Source: Scyliorhinus canicula
Taxonomy: Eukaryota
Length of the DNA stretch: 60,117 bases
Assembly (NCBI RefSeq): GCF_902713615.1
Contig: NW_024055992.1
Coordinates: 1 to 60,117, forward strand
Reading direction: 5' to 3'
The notes under the pieces were generated by a model that was not told where the DNA came from, ran no database searches, and saw only the letters and a program-made list of their open reading frames with translations. A program made the position numbers and the translations under genes. Positions within the stretch are counted from its first letter, which is position 1; every line of letters begins with the position of its first letter. Shown piece by piece: positions 47,435 through 58,922 of the stretch.

Positions 47435-50118
47435 CAATGTAAAAGAAAAAAGAACAAAGAAAGGTACAGCACAGGAACAGGCCCTTCGACCCCCCCCCCC
47501 CCCCCAAGCCTGCGCCGACAATGCTGCCCGCCTAAACAAAAACATCTACACTTCCGGTGTCGGTATCCCTCTATTCCCATCCTATTCATGTCTTTGTCAA
47601 TATACCCTTAAATACCAATATCGTCCCTGCTTCCACCACCTTCTCCGGTAGCGAGTTCTAGGCACCTACTACCCTCTGTGTAGAAAACGTGCCTCGTATA
47701 TCTCCCCTAAACCTTGTCCCTCGCAACTTAAGCATATGCCCCAAGTAATTGAACTCTCTACCCTGGGAAAAAGTCTCTGACTATCCACCCTGTCTATGCC
47801 CCTCATTATTTTGTAGACCTCTATCAGGTCGCCCCTCAACCTCCGTCGTTCCAGTGAAAACAGACCGAATTTATTCAACCTGTCCTCATAGCTAATGCCC
47901 TCCATACCAGGCAACATCCTGGTAAATCTCTTCTGCACCCTCTCTAAAGCCTCCGCGTCCTTCTGGTCGTGTGGCGACCAGAATTGAACACTATACTCCA
48001 AGTGTGGCCTAACTAAGGTTCTATACAGCTGCAACATGACTTGCCAATTTTTATACTCAATGCCCGACCAATGAAGGCAAGCATGCCGTATGCCTTCTTG
48101 ACTACCTTCTCCACCTGTGTTGCCCTTTTCAGTGACCTGTGGACCTGTACACCTAGATCTCGTTGACTGTCAATACTCTTGAGGGTTCTACCATTCACTG
48201 TATATTCCGTACCTGTATTAGACCTTCCAAAATGCATTACCTCACATTTGTCCGGCTTAAACTCCACCTGCCATCTCTCTGCCCAAGTCTCCAAACAATC
48301 TAAATCCTGCTGTATCCTCTGACAGTCCTCATCGCCATTCGCAATTCCACCAACCTTTGTATCGTCCTTAACCTTACTAATCAGACCAGTTACATTTTCC
48401 TCCAAATCATTTATATATACTACGAACACCAAAGGTCCCAGCACTGATCCCTGCGATCAGAAAAGCATCCTTCCATTGCTACTCTCTGCCTTCTATGACC
48501 TAGCCAGTTCTGAATGCCTCTTGCCAGCTCACCTCTGATCCTGTGTGACCACCTTTTTTACCAGTCTGAAATGAGGGACCTTGTCAAAGGCCTTACTGAA
48601 GTCCCGATAGACAGCATCCACTGCCCTACCTGCATCAATCGTTTTTGTGGCCTCCTTGAAAAACTCCCCTTCACAAAACCATGCTACCTCTCGCTAATAC
48701 GTCCAGGTGGTTCCAACTGGGAGTAGATCCTGTCTCGAAGAATTCCCTCCAGTAATTTCACTACCAGTGATGTAAGGCTACCAACCAGCCTGTAGATCCC
48801 TGGATTATTCTTGCTACCCTTCTTGAACAAAGGAACAACATTGGCTCTTCTCCACTCCTCCGGGACATTACCTGAAGACAGTGAGTATCCAAAGATTTCT
48901 TTCAAGGCCTCAACAATTTCCTCTCTTGCCTCCTTCAGAATTCTGGGGTAGATCCCATCTGACCCTGAGGACTTATCTACCTTAATATTTTTCAAAACGC
49001 CAAACATCTCGTCTTTTTGGATCTCAATGTGGCCCAGGCTATTTATACACCCTTCTCGAGACTCAACATCCACCAATTCCTTCTATTTGGTGAATGCTGA
49101 TGCAAAGTATTAATTTAGTACCTCGCCCATTTCATTGGCTCCACACATAGATTCCCACCCCTGTCCTTCAGTAGGCCAACCCTTTCTCTGGCAACCCTCT
49201 TGGATAGAATAGATAGAACACTACAGCACAGAACAGTCCCTTCGGCCCTCGATGTTGTGCCGAGCAATGATCACCCTACTCAAACCCACGTATCCACCCT
49301 ATACCCGTAACCCAACACCCCCCCTAACCTTACTTTTTAGGACACTAAGGGCAATTTAGCATGGCCAATCCACCTAACCCGCATTTTCTTGCTTTTTATG
49401 TACGTGTAATAAGCCTTGGGAGTTTCCTTAACCCTATTTCCAATAACTTTTCGTGATCCCTTCTAGCCCCCTGACTCCTTGGTTAAGTTCCTTCCTACTT
49501 TCCTTATATTCCACACAGGCTTCTTCTGTTCTCAGCCTTCTAGCCCTGCCAAATGCTTACTTTTTCTTTTTGATGAGGCCTACAATATCTGTCGTTGTCC
49601 AAGGTTCCCGAAATTTGCCGTATTTATCCTTCTTCCTCACAGGAACATGCCGGTCCTGAATTCCTTTCAACTGACAGTTGAAAGCCTCCCACACGTCAGA
49701 TGTTGATTTACCCTCAAACATCCGCCCCAATCTAGGTTCTTCAGTTCCCGCCTGATACTGTTATAATTAGCCTTCCCCCAATTTAGCACATTCACCCTTG
49801 GACCACCCTTATCCTTGTCCACCAGCACTTTAAAACTCACTGAATTGTGGTCACTGTTCCCGAAATGCTCCCCTCCTGAACCGTCTACCACCTGGCCTGC
49901 CTCATTTCCCAATGCCAGGTCCAGTACAGCCGCTTCCCTAGTTGGACTATCTACATATTGTTTTAAGAAGCCCTCCTGCATGCTCCTTACGAACTCTACT
50001 GTATCCAGGCCCCTAGCACTAAGTGAGTCCCAGTCAATATTGGGGAAGTTAAAGTCTCCCGTCACAACAACCCTGTTGCTTTTACTCCTTTCCAAAATCT
50101 ATCTACCTATCTGCTCTC
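47435..50118 (-). mobile_element. CR1 LINE, 5'-truncated ORF2 with frameshifts, interrupted by a SINE 3' half at 49203-49381
   Basis: ORFs VVVTGDFNFPNIDW, KSSGSDGIYPRIL, LGPLVFVVYINDL, LYRTLVRPHLEYSVQFW; tail at ~47435-47530. Confidence 0.92.
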
Positions 50119-50663
50119 GTGAAGCTGAAAGGTGAGATCAATATATTAAAAGTCAGTCTAATGCACAGATATTAATCAGGCCATTCAGTGCCTGACCATA
50201 ATTAATACTGACTGTTTTAAGAGTACCGGAGATAAATCGTCACCCAATCCCACACCGAGTTGCTGTTCCATTGGGGCTACTCGTGTGATGTACTGATATC
50301 AGTCAGTCATTATTTCTCCCCAAGGTCATTTAAAATGTGACAAATCTGTAATCACTTCACTTTTGAAAGATACTGCCTGATAGACTGTCAGCTGATCCAG
50401 AAGTTTTAAATTTACAGATACATTAAGTTATTCAGCCGAGAGATCTAGAGGTTTGTGCGAATTTCCCGAATCGGTATCGGGAAATTATTGAATTTGTTTC
50501 CGGAGTAATATGACCGCCACTTGTCACATTTCCCAACTGTGACAACCATTGACCTGTGCCAGGAAAAAACATTCAGATGGAGCTGCAATGTCCCTTTCAT
50601 TTTTAATGAGATTCAACTCCTTGTGTTTTTCTGATACCGAATACTTGATTGACGACCTGCTCC

Positions 50664-51185
50664 AGTTTGTGTACGTGCCCCGCCGGGCCCGCATTCACTG
50701 TGGGTCTCAGCGCGCAGTAATACACGGCGCTGTCTGTCATCTTCAAATCTATCAGGGACAAAGTGAAAGTGTTTTGTGTCGTGTTATGATTCCCGCTGAA
50801 GCGTTCAAAGCCGGGAGCCGTCTTTTTATATCCGTAACTATCGCTTCTGAGCACATACTGAGGAGCTGGGTGTGGATACTGGCGATACCAGAACAGACCA
50901 TATTCTCGAGCTGAGCTCGGTACAGAGTAACGGCAGGGTATGGCTGAATCTTCACCCTCTTCTGCGTCGACTCCTTGTTCTGCCTGGGACACTGACTCTC
51001 CGTTACTCATCTCTAAAAACAAACAGCAGAAAGACAGCGGGTTACAAAGAGTAACATGAGGAGGATGGGTTTGCAGAGATGGAAATTGTAATAAATATGA
51101 GAATTGGGGAATTTAGAACAGACGTTCAATATAACCGACCTGTGATCAGGACAATAACCAGAGACAGACAGTGTTTCACCCACAT
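50664..51185 (-). CDS. TRAV/DV: TCR alpha/delta-type V segment, family D, intact
   Basis: Leader 51185-51140 MWVKHCLSLVIVLIT, 127-bp GT-AG intron, V exon 51012-50703 (ESVSQ..IPC..LFWYRQ..DSAVYYCALR), RSS CACAGTG 50702-50696, 23 bp, ACACAAACT 50672-50664. Confidence 0.95.
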
Positions 51186-52384
51186 GGTTTCAGTCTGAAC
51201 TCCAGCAACAGAGACAGTGATCACTGTCTGCACCAGACCTACAATTGGAGAAGTTCAAACAGTCAGAGGGATGTTGTGAGGTCGAATACGACATATTTTC
51301 TCCGCCCCATTTTTACGTCTTCAAGCAGTCGCTTTCCCCAGAAAGGATCGCTATCTTTCATATATGATCAGAAAGCGCTCTCTAGTGGACAGCACTACCC
51401 CATATTGGATACGGGAACACGGCCCCATGCGAAGATGCACACCTAGATTTAGATTTAGATTTCTTATCACGTGTGTCCGCCTCCCGTGTTCACCAGAAGC
51501 CTCGAATATAGCACAGAAGCAACACAAGCACGGACACAGAGACAAACACTGCGGTAGACAATAAAACTGATTAAGACAACCATAGACACATAAAAGAGCA
51601 AAGAGTCAGTGAGGCTGCGAAAAACCATCGACTTTTCAAAGTGAGCTCTCCGAAATGGAATTCCCTGAGGTTGTGTCAGTGTGGCAATATTGTGTTGCAC
51701 ATTAATTTCTATGGAACTATACATTTTTGCAACATGAACATCCAGGAATGTATTTCTCAATAACCATGATCGTTGATTTACAAAAATGAGCATACTGTCG
51801 ACCCTTCCGGATAATAGGTTTCAATAGATGCGTTTATGTTTTGCAGACAAGCATGTCCTGGATGTATGGCATGAGTGAAGCTGGTGAGGGTAAGACAGAA
51901 TCCTAACTCATTCCTGATGTCGTTCGGTTTGGATTGTGGGAAGAAACCGGAGCCCCCGGAGGAAACCCATGCAGACACGAGGAGAACGTGCAAACTCCAC
52001 AGACAGTTACCCAAGGTCGGAATTGACCCCAGGTCCCTGGTGCTATGAGGTGGCAGTGCACGTAAAAAAGGCAATATCACAATAATCATGGGGGGCCAAT
52101 ATGCAGGTGGATTGGAGAAATCAGGTTGGTAGTGGATTCGAAGCAAATAAATTTTGGGGGTGTTTAAGAGATTTGTTTTGGAGCCACTGTGGTAGAGCCC
52201 ACTAGGGATCAGGCAATTCTGGATTTGGTGATGTATATTGAGGCAGACTTGATTAGGGATCTTGAGGTGAATAAACCCTTCGGGAGCAATTACCACCATA
52301 TGATAGAATGTACCCTGCAGTTTGAGAGGGAGAAGCTGGAATCAGATGTAACGGTATTACAATTCAATAAGGGTAACTACAAAG

Positions 52385-52589
52385 TAAGAAGTCTTACAAC
52401 ACCAGGTTAAAGTCCAACAGGTTTGTTTCAAACACGAGCTTTCGGAGCACGGCTCCTTCTTCAGGTGACACCTGAAGAAGGAGCCGTGCTCCGAAAGCTC
52501 GTGTTTGAAACAAACCTGTTGGACTTTAACCTGGTGTTGTAAGACTTCTTACTGTGCTCACCCCAGTCCAACGCCGGCATCTCCACATC
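52385..52589. mobile_element. Penelope-derived mini-element: perfect 171-bp palindrome plus 36-bp terminus, 12-bp TSD
   Basis: Arms 52383-52467 and 52469-52553 are exact reverse complements around one nt; TSD GTAACTACAAAG at 52373-52384 and 52590-52601. Confidence 0.92.
52468..52504 (+). ncRNA. Minimal hammerhead ribozyme motif (mirror copy on the minus strand at 52432-52468)
   Basis: acac-CTGAAGA-a-ggagc cgt gctcc-GAAA-gc-TC-gtgt. Confidence 0.75.
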
Positions 52590-54791
52590 GTAACTACAAA
52601 GACATAAGAGAGGAGCTGGCCAAAGTTGAGTGGAAGAATAGCGTATCAGAGTTGACAGTGGAACAGCAATGACAGGAGTTTTGGGGGGTTATTCGGGAGG
52701 CACAAATTCAACCCAAGGAGGAGGAAACATGCTAAGGGGAGAACAAGGCATCCATGGTTGCCGTGGGAAGTCAAGGGTAGCAGAGAAGCAAAAGAAAAAG
52801 CAGACAAAGTGGCGAGGATTAGTGAGAAGCCAGTGGATTGGGAAGTCTTTAAAGGCGAGCAGAGGGCAACTAAAAAAGCAATAAGTGGAGAGAAGATGAC
52901 ATTTTAGTGCAAGCTGGCTAGTAATATAAAATAAGATAGGAAGAGATTTTTTCAATATATAAAAGGTAAGAGAGAGGCAAAAATAGATGTTAAATCATTG
53001 GAAAACGTGGCTGGAGAAGTAATAATAGGAAACAAAGAAATGGCAGACGAACTGAATAGTTACTTTGCATCAGTCTTCACGATGGAAGACTGGGGTGCCA
53101 GAGCCCCAAGAGAATCAGGGAGCAGAGGTACGTGCAGTGACCATCACTAAGGAGTAGGTTCTGGAGAAACTGAAGGGTCGGAAGGTGGAGAAGTCACCTT
53201 GACTGGATGGACTACACCACAGAGATAACTGAGGAGATGGTGGAGGCATAGGTGGTAATCTTTCAGGAGCTACTGGAGGCAGGAAGGGTCCAAGATGACT
53301 GGAAAGTGGCGAATGTAACATCACTGTTTAAGAATGGAGGGAGGCAGAAGACGGAAAATTATAGGCCGGTTAGCCGGATTTCGGTCATTGGTAGGATTTT
53401 AGAATCTGCTATTAAAAATGTGATCGTGGAGTACTTGGAAGTGCATGGCAAAACAGGACTGAGTCAGCATGGCTTTGTCAAAGGGAGGTCATGTCTGCCA
53501 AATCTGTTAGAGTTCTTTGAGGATGTGACAAGGATGTTAGACAAAGGAGAACCAGTGGACGTCATTTATTTAGATTTCCAGAAGCCGTTTAATAAGGAGC
53601 CGCATAGATGTTTGTTAAATAAGTTAAGAGACCATGGTGTTAAGGACAAGGTCCTGGCATGGAAAGAGGATTGGCTGACTGCCAGAAGGCAGAGAATGAG
53701 GATAAAGGGGTCGTTTTCAGGATGGCAGCTGGTGACTAGAGGTGTGCCTCAGGGGTCTGAGCCGGGACCACAACTTTTCACAATATACATTAACGACCTG
53801 GAAGAAGGTACTGAAGGCACTGTTGTTAAGTTGCAGTTGATACAAAGATCTGTATAGGGACAGGTAGTATTGAGGAAGCAGGCGGGCTGCAGAAGGATTT
53901 GGATAGACTAGGAGAGTGGGCAATGAAGTGGTAGATGAAATGTAACGTGGAAAAGTGTGAGTTTATGCACTTTTGAAGAAGGAATTTAGGCATAGACTAT
54001 TTTCTAAATGGGGAAATGCTTCGGAAATGAGAAGCACAAAGGGACTTGCGAGTCTTTGTTCACGATTCTTTTAAGGTTAACGTGCAGATTCAGTCGGCAG
54101 TTAGGAAGGAAAATGCAATGTTTGCATTCATGTCAAGAGGGCTAGAATACAAGGCCAGGGGTGTACTTCTGAGGTCGCATAAGGCTCTGGTCAGATCCCA
54201 CTTGGAGTATTGTGTGCAGTTTTGGGCCCCGTATCTAAGGAAAGATGTTACGGCCTTGGAAAGAGTCCAGAGGAGGTTCACAAGAATGATCCCTGGAATG
54301 AAGAGCTTAAGGTATGAGGAACGGTTGAGGACTCTGGGTCTGTACTCGTTGGAGTTTAGAAGAATGAGGGGGAACTTAGTGAAACTTACAGGATACTGCG
54401 AGGCCTGGTTAGAGTGGACGTGGAGAGGCTGTTTCCACTTGTAGAAAAAACTAGAAGCAGAGGACACAATCTCAGAATAAAGAGACGATCCTTTCAAACA
54501 GAGAAGTGGAGGAATTGCTTCACCCAGACGGTGGTGAATCTGTGGAACTCTTTACCGCAGAAGACTGTGCAGGCCAAATCACTGAGTGTCTTTGAGACAG
54601 AGATAGATAGGTTTTTGATCAATAAGTGGATCAGGGGTTATGGGGAAAAGGCAGGAGAACGGGTATGAGAAAATATCAGCGATGATTGAATGGCGGAGCA
54701 GACTCGATGGGCCGTGTAGCCGATTTCTGCTCCTGTGTCTTATGGTTTTATGGTCATTATTTGGTTCCTGCAGCGTGACAGGCGGTGGCAT

Positions 54792-54805
54792 GCGCCACCT
54801 GGTGG
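54792..54805 (-). promoter_or_regulatory. Candidate CTCF site CCACCAGGTGGCGC
   Basis: Exact fit to the CCASYAGRKGGCRS core on the minus strand. Confidence 0.6.
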
Positions 54806-56429
54806 TCCGTTTGAATAAATTTCCTTCTCAATTATATCACAGAAGCCAATAAAGGTCCGAGTTGTCCCGGAGCCTTTCTCAATGTGTTGATCTTGACACA
54901 CAGAAGGAGCAGTGCTCTCAGCGAGCTGCAGCACATTCAATGTGAAAATGGTGATATTCTTTGTCGTGTCCAGAATGACAGGAAAATAAATGTTAACTTC
55001 ATTATTTCCCTCGGAGTATGCATGAATACGAAAGTGAGAATCATACTTTGGTTCTGACGAAACAGTTGTACAGAAATGTCCACAGTGAAGATTGAATAGA
55101 TGCAATTTATTCTTCGCGAGATAGACGAGGGAGATAACTGGAGTTATAGATAGATTTGGATCGGTAAAGAGAGACTGAAATTAATACAACAGTAGATTGG
55201 TAAATAGAAGAGAGTTGTATCGACAGTGGAATGGACAAACAGACAAAGCTGTAAACATAAATGAAACAACCAAATAGCAATATCATGAAATTAAATCAAA
55301 ATCGCTTATTTTCACAAGTCGGCTTCAAATGAAGTTACTGTGAAAAACCCCTAGTCGCCACATTCCGGCGCCTGTTCGGGGAGGCTAGTACGGGAATTGA
55401 ACCGTGCTGCTGGCCTGCCTTGGTCTGCTTTAAAAGCCAGCGATTTAGCCCTGTGCTAAACTAGCCCCGATACAATTGTACAGGGTACGATTCTGAAAAG
55501 CAAAACTTCATATTCTATGTTAGCCGCACTATTCTATCCTGAGACACAATCTACCGATCAAGGAAGCCTTTCTCCTTTAAATCCGATAGCACGTCTCCGA
55601 GAATGGTTGTCTTACTCTAATCTCCCTCATGTTACGGAAGCTTCGAGAATGCGCTTGTCTGTAAAACATACATGCATTCCCGAACACTGATTCTACGAAT
55701 GGGTCCACAATCTGGTCGCATGTACAAATTCATGATCACGGTTAATGACAAATACATTCCATGGATGTTCATGTTGCTAAATTGCACAATTTAATGGCAA
55801 CGGATATCTCCCCGATATTACCACACTGACACAACCTCGGGAATTCCATTTCAGAAAGCTCACTCTGAAAATTCGAAGGTTCTGTATCTATGGCGCTGTT
55901 ACTCTGTTTATTTATCGATTTAAGTGTTGATCTCCGTATCTATGATTTAGTAGATCAGTTTGGGGATCTATCAGTATGGTTACTTGTCTCTGTGTCTATA
56001 TTTCTGTCGATTCTCCGATATGTTCGAGGCTTCTGGTGAACATGGGAGGCACATTTATTCAGGTATTTTCATCGTTAGCAACTCAGACTAATATATATCA
56101 AAAATCTCCAAAGCACTTCTGGTTTTATGTCAACGCACGTTGGAACTTATGTCTGTATGGTTGTCTCTTTATAGTTTATGTCTTTGCAGTGGCCGTGTGT
56201 CTGTTTTCAATTTGCGCCGTGTTTTCCACGGGAGGGCGCTCTCTAATCGCTTATGAAAGAGCATGTTTCCCTTCTCCGGGGAAGCGACTATTTTAGGACG
56301 TGACAATGGGCGGAGAGAAGAAATCGCATTTAACCTCATGACATCTCTCTGAATGTTTGAACTTCCGCAATTGCAGGACTGCTGCAGACAGTGATCACTG
56401 CCTCTGTTTCTGGACTTCAGACTGGAGCC

Positions 56430-56951
56430 ATGGGGGTGAAACTCTGTCTGTCTCTGGTTATTGTCCTGGTAACAGGTCGGTTATATTGAACCCCTGTCCT
56501 AAATTACCCAAATCGTATATTTATTTACATTTCTATCTTCGGGTACACATCGTCCCCATGTTAATTCGTTTAACCCGCTGTATTTTTGTTGTTTAATTTC
56601 AGGGATGAGTAAGGAAGACACCGTATCCCAGGTAGAACGAGGAGTCGACGCAGAAGAGGGTGACGATTCAGCAATGCCCTGTAGTTACTCGGTATCGAAT
56701 TCAGCTACAGTATATTATCTGTTCTGGTATCGTCAGTATCCACACCGATCTCCTCAGTATCTGCTCAGAGTTGATAATAATGGATTTAAACAGACGGCTC
56801 CCGGCTTTGAACACTTCAGCGGGAAACTCAACAGGACGCAAAGCACTTTTCACTTGTCTGTGACAGATTTGAAGATGACAGACAGCGCCGTGTATTACTG
56901 CGCGCTGAGACCCACAGTGGATGAGGGCCCGGCGGGGCTCATACACAAACT
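56430..56951 (+). CDS. TRAV/DV: TCR alpha/delta-type V segment, family D, intact
   Basis: Leader 56430-56475 MGVKLCLSLVIVLVT, 127-bp intron, V exon 56603-56912 (DTVSQ..MPC..LFWYRQ..DSAVYYCALR), RSS CACAGTG 56913-56919, 23 bp, ACACAAACT 56943-56951. Confidence 0.95.
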
Positions 56952-57092
56952 GAAGCAGGTCGACAATCACAGGGAGGCAAAGTGGTACTGCTGCCTCACA
57001 GCTCCAAGGTCCCGCGTTCAATTCTGGGTGACAGTCTGTGTAGAGTTTGAACTTTCTCCCCCTGTCTGCGTGCGTTTCTTTCCACACAGTGA

Positions 57093-57218
57093 CTCACCTG
57101 ATGAAGGAGCTGTGCTTCGAAAGCTAGTGATTCCCAACAAACCTGTTGGAATTTAACCTGGTGTTGTAAGATTTTTTACTATGTCCACCACAGTCCAACG
57201 CCGGCATCTCCACATCAT
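57093..57218 (+). mobile_element. Penelope terminal fragment with hammerhead motif (57093-57130), preceded by a partial V-SINE at ~56970-57090
   Basis: ctcac-CTGATGA-a-ggagc tgt gcttc-GAAA-gc-TA-gtga then caacaaacctgttgg...ccggcatctccacatc. Confidence 0.85.
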
Positions 57219-57307
57219 GGCCTCTGATCTGGGTGTACCTTTTGATCTCACACTTTAAACAGTAACATATTTGAAACAGTATCGCTGTTTACTGTCCATC
57301 AGGAACC

Positions 57308-57783
57308 ACGTGCTCCCTGTGTGCTTTACTTATAATAAACGTCTTGTTGCCCGGTGAGTCTGAGCTCAAATCCTCAGTCTGTGTTTCATGGGTCATTTTA
57401 CTCACAGAGTTCTCACACGTTCTATCCGTTGTTACAGGAACCAGTGGCCAAGATTCAGTTTCCCAGGAGCCGCCTGAATTAACGGTTCAGGATGGATGGA
57501 CGGCAAAATTGATCTGTAGTTACAAAACGGAATACCCTGGCCAGACTCTCTTCTGGTACATCCAGTATCCAGGAGAAGCTCCGAGATATTTACTGAAGAA
57601 ATGCAATACGGGGGATGGGGAAAAGTCTTCAGATTTCCCAGACCAGTTTTCGGCTGATTTAGACCAAGACAAGACAGCAGTTTCTTTAAATATCACAGTG
57701 GTTAGTGTCTCTGACTCTGTCGTGTATCACTGTGCGTTGAGTCCCACATTATTGCAGAGACACAGTCAGTTTGCACACAAACC
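57308..57783 (+). pseudogene. V segment, family A, probable pseudogene (start codon lost, weak heptamer)
   Basis: Leader 57308-57353 starts ACG where paralogs have ATG; V exon 57438-57744 open (LIC..LFWYIQ..DSVVYHCALS); RSS CACATTA 57745-57751, 23 bp, ACACAAACC 57775-57783. Confidence 0.82.
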
Positions 57784-57797
57784 TGCAAGGCACTCTT

Positions 57798-58105
57798 GGT
57801 GAGGCGGTGGCGGAGTGGTATTATCACTGGACTAGTAAACCAGAGACCCATAAAAATGCACTGGGGGCAGGTTCAATCACATCACAGCAGATGGCTACAT
57901 TTGAATCTGGAATTAAAGGTCTAATGACGAACATGGAACCATTGTCGATTCTCGTTAAAAAAAACATCTGATTCGCTAATGTAGGGAAAGAAATCTGCCA
58001 TCCTTACCTGGTCAGGCCTACACGTGACTCCAGACCCACAGCAATGTGGTTCACTCTTAACTGCCCCCTCAAGGACAATTAGGGATGGACAATAAATGCA
58101 CAGCC
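57798..58105 (+). mobile_element. SINE resembling the Deu-domain SacSINE1/AmnSINE group
   Basis: tRNA-like head, central aaatctgccatccttacctggtc..cctacacgtgactccagacccacagcaatgtggtt.actcttaactgccc, tail caattagggatggacaataaatgc. Family assignment from memory of the consensus. Confidence 0.6.
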
Positions 58106-58922
58106 TGCTACGCCCACGTCAGATGAAAGAATCAAAAAATCCTCCTCTCTGAACCAGTTCTGTGACCTGAATTGTGAACCGTCAATATAAACAAAACAAC
58201 ACTATAACGAGCAGTTCGCCCGAATAATTTCTTTCTGTGGCGCTGAATAGTATTTTCCGAGGTTCCTGACTAGCTGTCTAGTAGACTCTTACGCTGTTAT
58301 CACAACATTGAGTAACACCTATCAGTGTCCATTCTCAAAATTCAATGAGTAAAAGGGCCAACATTCACTTTAATGCTCTCCCTGTGTCAAAGGTTATTCA
58401 GTCGTTTAGTTTTATCGAGACAGTTGATGGATTTGTGAATATTCCGGGAAATAAAGGATGTGGGGTAGGAAGGTAGATGTGAGATTGATCAACCATGATC
58501 TTGAATCATGAATTGCGGAGTAGGTCCAAGTGATGGGACAAATGGTCCACTGCAGCTCCTGTTCCTTATCGTGTGATGTTCTGTTCAATTCATTGTTCTG
58601 GCAACAGGTGCAAGTGGTACCTTGCTCCTCGCTCAGACGTCATGGATTGGAGAACAAATAAATGGATCTAATTGGATGAAACGTACGACAAAGGAGCCGT
58701 GACCTGATTGGGTGTCACCTGTTGGCTCTGTCAGGAATGAACCAATCGGTTGTGACGCCGGGTATCACTCAACGTCTTCTGAATTCTTCATTACAACAAT
58801 TCAGCTGTAACTCACTGTGTTCAAATCCACCACCAGCTTCGTGAACATGTTGTGCATTAATTGTTAAATATTCATCACAGCTGTAACTCACTGAGTTCAA
58901 ATCCACCATCAGCCCCGTGAAC

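Larger units (their letters stand above)
52060..54745 (+). mobile_element. CR1 LINE, 5'-truncated ORF2 with stops, containing the palindromic insert
   Basis: ORFs VEPTRDQAILDLV, NYRPVS..DVIYLDFQK..GVPQGSEPGP..YINDL, LVRSHLEYCVQFWAP; tail ctcctgtgtcttatgg. Confidence 0.92.

Noticed and set aside
50505-50530. Additional CTCF site (tgacaagtggcgg on the minus strand)
   Set aside because: Lacks the CCAS 5' half of the core; too weak to call by eye.
54895-54930. Fifth hammerhead copy (cagaaggagcagtgctctcagc)
   Set aside because: Stem II survives but both CTGANGA and GAAA core boxes are lost.
346-57090. CACAGTG heptamers within V-SINE heads as cryptic RSSs or D/J segments
   Set aside because: No nonamer at 12 or 23 bp in the copies inspected; explained by the SINE consensus.
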